Source: an uncultured Psychroserpens sp.
GTDB taxonomy: Bacteria > Bacteroidota > Bacteroidia > Flavobacteriales > Flavobacteriaceae
Length of the DNA: 64,000 bases
Direction of reading: 5' to 3'
Assembly (NCBI RefSeq): GCF_947500255.1
Contig: NZ_CANMRL010000009.1
Span: 4,692-68,691 of the forward strand
Part shown: piece by piece, positions 58,001-64,000 of the stretch
Layout: the number at the start of each line of letters is the position of its first letter
Position numbering within the stretch: the stretch's first letter is position 1
Notes under the pieces: generated by a model
Told to the model about the DNA's origin: nothing
The model's database searches: none
What the model saw: only the letters and a program-made list of their open reading frames with translations
Program-made: the position numbers and the translations under genes

Positions 58001-59478
58001 TTGGTCGTAAAAGTCGTTCCGTCCTTGCCGTCATTTAACTGAATACCTTTAGCTGCTAAATCATCACGGATTTTATCAGACAAAGCAAAATCTTTATTGG
58101 CTCTTGCTTGCTGACGTAATTCAATAAGTAATTCAACAGCTCCAGCTAATTTATCTGTTCCAGTATCTGCTTTAGATACATTTACCAATCCTAATACGTC
58201 AAATGTAAAATCATTCATTGTTTTTTTCAGTAGCTCTAGATCTTTCGGCGCCAATGAAGCATTGCCATCTTTTATTTGATTGATCTGTTTTGCAGCTTCA
58301 AAAAGATGTGCGATTAAAATAGGCGAGTTGAAATCGTCATTCATTGCATCATAACATTTTCGTCTCCATTCTGAAACATCAAATGTAGAAGAGTCTCCAG
58401 CTTTGAGTTCTTCTAATACATTAATGGCATCCATTAATCGGAAAAATCCTTTTTCACTTGCCAGTAATCCATCATCGGTTAAATCTAATACACTTCTGTA
58501 AGACGATTGTGCATTAAAAAAACGGATGACACTAGGTGCAAAAGCTTTACTGAAAAATGTATTCTCACCTGAAAGTAATTCATTTGGATTGACGACATTT
58601 CCAGTCGATTTTGACATGCGTTGCCCATTTAGATGTAACATATTTGCATGCATCCAATAGTTTACTGGTGCTTGTTTTTTTGCTGCTTCACTTTGTGCTA
58701 TTTCACATTCGTGATGAGGGAATTTTAAATCCATTCCACCACCATGGATATCAAAATTGTCACCAAGATATTTAGTGCTCATTGCTGTACATTCTAAATG
58801 CCATCCAGGAAAACCGTCACTCCAAGGAGAAGGCCATCTCATAATGTGTTGAGGTTCGGCACGTTTCCAAAGTGCAAAATCTTGCGGGTTTTTCTTATCG
58901 CTTTGCCCATCTAAAGCTCGCGTATTATGGATAAGATCTTCTAAATTACGCTTGCTTAAAATACCGTAGTCATGATTTTCATTGAACTTGTGGACATCAA
59001 AATAAACAGAGCCATTGACTTCATAAGCAAATCCATTATCAATAATCATTTTGATAAGTTCTATTTGTTCAATGATGTGACCTGTTGCTGTTGGTTCAAT
59101 GCTAGGAGGTAGAAAATTAAGTGTCTTTAAAATATTATGAAAATCTACAGTATAACGTTGTACGACTTCCATGGGTTCAATTTGTTCTAATCGTGCTTTT
59201 TTAGTAATCTTATCTTCACCAACATCTGCATCATTTTCTAAATGTCCAGCATCAGTGATATTTCTTACATAGCGAACTTTGTAACCCAAATGTTTAAGAT
59301 AGCGAAATACCATGTCGAAAGACATGAATGTTCTCACATTTCCTAAGTGTACATTACTATATACTGTTGGTCCACAAACATACATTCCAACATATCCATC
59401 TTGAATAGGTTTGAAAACTTCTTTTTTTCCACTAAGCGTATTGTAAATTTGAATCTTTTGCTCTTCGTACAAATGCAT
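57997..59478 (-). CDS. cysS: Cysteinyl-tRNA synthetase
   Basis: CGPTVY, HLGN, PGWHLEC, HHECE, RMSKS. Confidence 0.97.
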   Translation of the reverse strand: MHLYEEQKIQIYNTLSGKKEVFKPIQDGYVGMYVCGPTVYSNVHLGNVRTFMSFDMVFRYLKHLGYKVRYVRNITDAGHLENDADVGEDKITKKARLEQIEPMEVVQRYTVDFHNILKTLNFLPPSIEPTATGHIIEQIELIKMIIDNGFAYEVNGSVYFDVHKFNENHDYGILSKRNLEDLIHNTRALDGQSDKKNPQDFALWKRAEPQHIMRWPSPWSDGFPGWHLECTAMSTKYLGDNFDIHGGGMDLKFPHHECEIAQSEAAKKQAPVNYWMHANMLHLNGQRMSKSTGNVVNPNELLSGENTFFSKAFAPSVIRFFNAQSSYRSVLDLTDDGLLASEKGFFRLMDAINVLEELKAGDSSTFDVSEWRRKCYDAMNDDFNSPILIAHLFEAAKQINQIKDGNASLAPKDLELLKKTMNDFTFDVLGLVNVSKADTGTDKLAGAVELLIELRQQARANKDFALSDKIRDDLAAKGIQLNDGKDGTTFTTN

Positions 59479-59569
59479 GCTGTAAGGTATTTAAAATGTA
59501 TTGATAGGTTTGATATTAATTTCAATACCCAAATCTAATATTTTATTTTTTCTTCGGAAGGCTGTATAC

Positions 59570-60247
59570 TTAAAAAGTAGTATCTAATTTAATGTAGTCC
59601 AAAAATTCTCGTTTCGTTTCTTTTTCTTTGAATTTTCCACCAAACTCTGAAGTAACTGTACTGCTATCTACATCTCTTATACCTCTTGAATTAACACATA
59701 AATGTTTTGCATCAATAACGCATGCAACATCTTCTGTGTTTAAAACATTTTGAAGTTCTTTTACTATTTGTATTGTAAGGCGTTCTTGTACTTGAGGACG
59801 TTTTGCAAAATAATCAACAATTCGATTCATTTTAGAAAGGCCTACCACTGTGCCATTAGAGATATAGGCTACATGAGCTTTCCCAACAATGGGCAATAGG
59901 TGGTGTTCGCAAGTTGAATATACAGTAATGTTTTTTTCAACGAGCATTTCTCCGTATTTATATTTGTTGTCAAACGTAGAAGCACTAGGTTTTTTATCCG
60001 GATTGAGGCCTCCAAAGATTTCATTCACAAACATTTTCGCAACACGTTTTGGAGTTCCTTTTAAACTATCGTCATCTAAATCTAGACCAAGTGTTTCCAT
60101 GATGTGTCTTACATCATCTTTGATGATATCAATTTTTTCAGAAGACGTTAATTCAAATGCATCATTACGCATAGGAGTTTCAGAAGATGTTCCTACATGA
60201 TTGTCTCCTAAAGCATCTATATCTTGTGTGTCTTTATCTATTTTCAT
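59570..60247 (-). CDS. folE: GTP cyclohydrolase I
   Basis: TPKRVAKM, CEHHLLP, GLSKMNR, QVQERLT, HLCV; start probably MKID at 60247. Confidence 0.95.
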   Translation of the reverse strand: MKIDKDTQDIDALGDNHVGTSSETPMRNDAFELTSSEKIDIIKDDVRHIMETLGLDLDDDSLKGTPKRVAKMFVNEIFGGLNPDKKPSASTFDNKYKYGEMLVEKNITVYSTCEHHLLPIVGKAHVAYISNGTVVGLSKMNRIVDYFAKRPQVQERLTIQIVKELQNVLNTEDVACVIDAKHLCVNSRGIRDVDSSTVTSEFGGKFKEKETKREFLDYIKLDTTF

Positions 60248-60349
60248 TTTTTGTATTCCGTAGTAACGGAAATTCATTTAAATTAAAAAATATAATATCT
60301 CTATTTAAAAGAGAATGCAAAGATACGTAATAAAAAAAAACGAGACTAG

Positions 60350-60379
60350 GGTAGGGATTTATTAATTTAAGATGTTATA
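60350..60379 (+). promoter_or_regulatory. Candidate ECF sigma promoter
   Basis: GGTAGG-N17-TGTTATA, same spacing as the two promoters at the ECF locus. Confidence 0.55.
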
Positions 60380-60474
60380 TGCCTATAATCGGAATGTATG
60401 TACATGATATCCGATTTAACAGTTTGTTTATTAAAATTTTCTTAAATTTCAAGTCTTTAAATACCTAAATAATC

Positions 60475-60948
60475 ATGAACTCAAAATTACTGTTCCCTCT
60501 CATGTTGTTATGTGCTTTATTAACAACACCTACCATGTTTTCTCAATCTACAAATACATCAAGAAAGCAAAAAACAGTTAACTACAATTCCAACGTAAAT
60601 AATCCATTGACCAATAGTGAGTTAGCGCTAATAAATGAAGTTTACGGAAACAAGGCGAACGCTAATGTTCTAAGTAAGCCACAACGATTAAAAGACATTA
60701 AAAATATTCTACGCAATAGAGTAGAAATTAAAAACATACCTAATCAAAGTGACCAAAAGCCATGTACGTTATTATCGGAAGTACCATTGATGGATTACTA
60801 TGTTGATAATTTACAACGTGACACTAATTTTAATCCGCAAAATTTCAATCCGTTGAAATACTTATTCAATTTTAATTCTTACGGGTCGCATATGTATCGA
60901 GTTGATAATACGAATTACTTCATTATTATTAAATCTCAACATAAATAA
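60475..60948 (+). CDS. Secreted hypothetical protein
   Basis: Signal peptide; FNPLKYLFNF...YRVDNTNY motif. Confidence 0.75.
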   Translation: MNSKLLFPLMLLCALLTTPTMFSQSTNTSRKQKTVNYNSNVNNPLTNSELALINEVYGNKANANVLSKPQRLKDIKNILRNRVEIKNIPNQSDQKPCTLLSEVPLMDYYVDNLQRDTNFNPQNFNPLKYLFNFNSYGSHMYRVDNTNYFIIIKSQHK

Positions 60949-60980
60949 AATAATTAATTAGCCATTTATAATCTTTAGCT

Positions 60981-63900
60981 ATGAAAAAAGCATTACTCAT
61001 AATTTTCGCATTATTTTCATTACATACCTACGCACAAGATGTTCTTATGCAAGATGGTACTGTTACTGCCTGTTCTGGAACTTTTCTTGATACAGGTGGA
61101 GCAGGTGGAGCCTATTCAAGTGATGAGAATTTAGTAATAACCATTTGTCCTGATAGTCCGGGTCAATTGGTACAATTAACGTTTACAGATTTCAATACAC
61201 AACTTGGTGCAGATATCATGACCATATACAATGGCGATAGTGTAGCAAGTCCACCATTTGGAACTTTTGATGGAGCAAATAATCCAGGTTTTGTTACTGC
61301 TACTGATGATAATGGTTCTGGGTGTTTAACCATTCAGTTTGTTTCTGATGGTGCAGGTACGACAACAGGTTGGTCTGCAGATATTTCATGTTTTACACCA
61401 TGTCAAACAATTGTGTCTCAATTAGATTCTTCTACACCAGCAGCAAATGCTGATGGTTATATAAGAGTTTGTCCAAATGAAGAGATTACCTTAACAGGTA
61501 GTGGTGTTTTCGAATTTGATGGTACAGGAGCAACATATCAATGGGATTTAGACAACGGAAATTTTGTAGATGGTCAAACAGCTACATTTTCATATGATAC
61601 ACCTGGAGTTTACATTGTAAATTTAAATGTTAGAGATACGAATACAGATTCTGACCCCTTGGGTTGTGCTAATACAAATTTGATTAATCAGGTCATACAA
61701 GTTGCAACAGAGCCTGATTTCACAGGAACACAAGCTGCAGATGATACTTTGTGTTTTGGAGAAACAACAACTATTGATGGTGTCGTTAATGCTGTTCCTT
61801 TTGTTAATGATTGTACACCACCAGTTAGTGGTACCACATTCTTACCTGATGGTTCAGGTGCTGTTTATACAACATGTATTACTGTAGATTGCTTTGAGTC
61901 TGATCAATTATTGACCGATCCAAACCAACTCATAGAGATTTGTGTAAATATGGAGCACTCTTACTCTGGAGATTTAGACATAAAAATAATTTCTCCTAAT
62001 GGACAAGAAGCCGACTTATTTACTCAAGCTGGTGGAGGAACATACTTTGGAGGAGCCAATGATGATAATTCTAACACGCCAGGTGTTGGAGCTGATTATT
62101 GTTTTTCAATGTCTGCAACAACATTACTTTCAAATGCCAATACAATTACAGCAGGAACAAACCCTCCAAACAATTCATGGGAACCAGGTACATATTTGCC
62201 TGTAGAGTCTTTTAACGACCTAGTAGGAAGTCCACTTAATGGTGATTGGTGTATCGAAATAGTTGATAATTTATCTATTGATAATGGATATATATTTTCT
62301 TGGGGATTGAACTTTGATCCTAATATTCAACCTCCAGAATTATCTTTTACTCCTGTTATCACTTCAGAAACATGGGACGCAGATCCTTCGATTACAAATG
62401 TTACTGGAAGTACAATTACAGTAGCTCCAGCTACTGCAGGAGTGCATTGCTATACGTTTAGAGTAGTTGATGATTTTGGCTGTGAATATACTGAAGAGGT
62501 ATGCATCACAATGGAAGAAGAGCTTTTAGCAGATGTTACAGCTGTAACAAATCCAATATGTGATGGTGAAGATGCTGAATTTTTAATAACGGGTTCACCT
62601 AATGGATCAGTAAATTATACAATCAATGCTGGTGCAACGCAAACAGTCGTCTTAGATGCAGCAGGAACAGCAACTGTAACTATCACAGGCCCTACGATTG
62701 ATCAAGTCTTTAATCTTGTAGATATTACAGTTGGTGCATGTACGCTAACAGTTAATGATACTGAAACTATTCTTGTAGGTCAAGTATTTGATACGTCATT
62801 TACAATGACACCTACATGTGATGGAGGTACCGCTACTATAACTGGAGATGTTGGAGGCGTGTTTTCATTTGAAGACCCTCAGCCTACAGATGGCGCGGTA
62901 ATTGATCCTGTAACAGGTACAATTACTAATGGTGTTTCAAGTACAACTTATACTGTTGTATATGAATTTGCTAGTTCTTGTAGTCCAGGTACAACACAAA
63001 CAGTGACAGTGTTGCCTGCTCAAGATGCAAGTTTTACGTTAACACCTACATGTGATGGTGCAACGGCAACCATAACAGGTGATGCAGGTGGTACATTTAC
63101 TTTTAATCCAGTACCAACTGATGGAGCAATTTTAGATTTATTAACAGGAACTATTACTAACGGAACACAAGGCGCCACTTATACTGTAGAATATGCTGTT
63201 GCTGGTGCATGTCCAGTATCATCTACCGAAACAGTTACAGTATTACCTTTTGAAGATGCTACGTTTACATTAACTTCAACTTGTGAGGGAGCTACAGCGG
63301 TCATTACAGGAGATACAGGCGGTACTTTTGCTTTTAATCCAGTACCAGCTGATGGAGCCGTAATAGATACTAATACAGGATTAATTACTGGAGTTTCGGG
63401 TACAACTTATACTGTAGAATATACAACCTCAGGACCTTGTCCTGAAACAACAAGTGAAAGCGTGACAGTTTTTCCTGCGGAAGATTCATCATTTACGTAT
63501 TTGGCAAGTTGCACAGGCGCAACGGCTACTATAGTGGGAGATGCTGGCGGTGTTTTTGCGTTCAATCCTGAACCAGGAGATGGAGCTATATTAGATCCAG
63601 TTACAGGTGAAATTACTAATGGATTACCAGGAGTATCTTACTCTGTTGATTATATAACTTCTGGAAACTGTCCATCAACGACTACACTGACAGTTACTGT
63701 TTTCCCTGAAGATGATTCAAGTTTTACAATGTCACCAACTTGTGATGGAGGAACAGCGACTATTACAGGATTACCAGGAGGAACATTTGCATTTAATCCT
63801 AACCCTGGAGATGGAGCAGTTATAGATCCTGCAACGGGTACTATAACTGGTGGGCAATTTGATGCTACTTATACAGTAGATTATACTACAAATGGAGCTT

Positions 63901-64000
63901 GTCCGACGACTAGTACAGAAACAGTTACTGCTTTTTCTCAGCCTATTGTTATTGCACCAACTCCGTTAGAGGTTTGTGACGATGGAGTTCCAGATGGTCT
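60981..64000 (+). CDS. Large T9SS-type surface adhesin, 5' part (runs off the window, so absent from ORF track)
   Basis: MKKALLIIFALFSLHTYAQ signal; CUB-like (CSGTFLDTGG..YSSDE), PKD-like and P-domain-like (HSYSGDLDIKIISPNG) segments, Thr/Gly-rich repeats. Confidence 0.88.
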   Translation, partial: MKKALLIIFALFSLHTYAQDVLMQDGTVTACSGTFLDTGGAGGAYSSDENLVITICPDSPGQLVQLTFTDFNTQLGADIMTIYNGDSVASPPFGTFDGANNPGFVTATDDNGSGCLTIQFVSDGAGTTTGWSADISCFTPCQTIVSQLDSSTPAANADGYIRVCPNEEITLTGSGVFEFDGTGATYQWDLDNGNFVDGQTATFSYDTPGVYIVNLNVRDTNTDSDPLGCANTNLINQVIQVATEPDFTGTQAADDTLCFGETTTIDGVVNAVPFVNDCTPPVSGTTFLPDGSGAVYTTCITVDCFESDQLLTDPNQLIEICVNMEHSYSGDLDIKIISPNGQEADLFTQAGGGTYFGGANDDNSNTPGVGADYCFSMSATTLLSNANTITAGTNPPNNSWEPGTYLPVESFNDLVGSPLNGDWCIEIVDNLSIDNGYIFSWGLNFDPNIQPPELSFTPVITSETWDADPSITNVTGSTITVAPATAGVHCYTFRVVDDFGCEYTEEVCITMEEELLADVTAVTNPICDGEDAEFLITGSPNGSVNYTINAGATQTVVLDAAGTATVTITGPTIDQVFNLVDITVGACTLTVNDTETILVGQVFDTSFTMTPTCDGGTATITGDVGGVFSFEDPQPTDGAVIDPVTGTITNGVSSTTYTVVYEFASSCSPGTTQTVTVLPAQDASFTLTPTCDGATATITGDAGGTFTFNPVPTDGAILDLLTGTITNGTQGATYTVEYAVAGACPVSSTETVTVLPFEDATFTLTSTCEGATAVITGDTGGTFAFNPVPADGAVIDTNTGLITGVSGTTYTVEYTTSGPCPETTSESVTVFPAEDSSFTYLASCTGATATIVGDAGGVFAFNPEPGDGAILDPVTGEITNGLPGVSYSVDYITSGNCPSTTTLTVTVFPEDDSSFTMSPTCDGGTATITGLPGGTFAFNPNPGDGAVIDPATGTITGGQFDATYTVDYTTNGACPTTSTETVTAFSQPIVIAPTPLEVCDDGVPDG
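62799..63950 (+). repeat. Five degenerate 76-78 aa repeats in the adhesin
   Basis: FT-x-x-x-x-C-x-G unit starts at 62799, 63033, 63264, 63492 and 63723. Confidence 0.85.

Overview
This is a low-GC chromosomal segment from a marine-type Flavobacteriaceae bacterium (Bacteroidota). The assignment rests on TAnnTTTG promoters, T9SS cargo proteins and a fused secDF. Housekeeping genes (queD, manA, tRNA-Thr, ffh, folD, rluF, queE, asnB, gyrB, mdh, secDF, lgt, yidD, cysS, folE) alternate with accessory blocks: an SPFH/RHH membrane operon, an ECF sigma-FecR-TonB receptor unit, a LytTR/AraC-linked secreted hydrolase cluster (17.8-28.6 kb), and a LytTR-linked OB-fold/YceI/DUF5777/lipoprotein/T9SS cluster (37.1-44.5 kb). 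A giant adhesin gene runs off the right edge. I saw no integrase, transposase, CRISPR array or rRNA. The strongest unexplained signals are: (1) an exported ORF just upstream of secDF that ends in a SecM-like RAGP motif followed by an mRNA hairpin, next to a lipoprotein copy of the SecD periplasmic domain; (2) three aligned 20-bp-period direct-repeat boxes that define a self-contained LytTR regulon; (3) an insertion at the yidD 3' end built from a 38-bp target duplication, a 17-bp inverted copy of the target and a 67-bp foreign core; (4) a shared ECF promoter motif linking fecR, an orphan small RNA and the adhesin operon 46 kb away; (5) further orphan small-RNA units, one with a perfect sigma54 promoter. 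All calls were made by eye, with no database searches.
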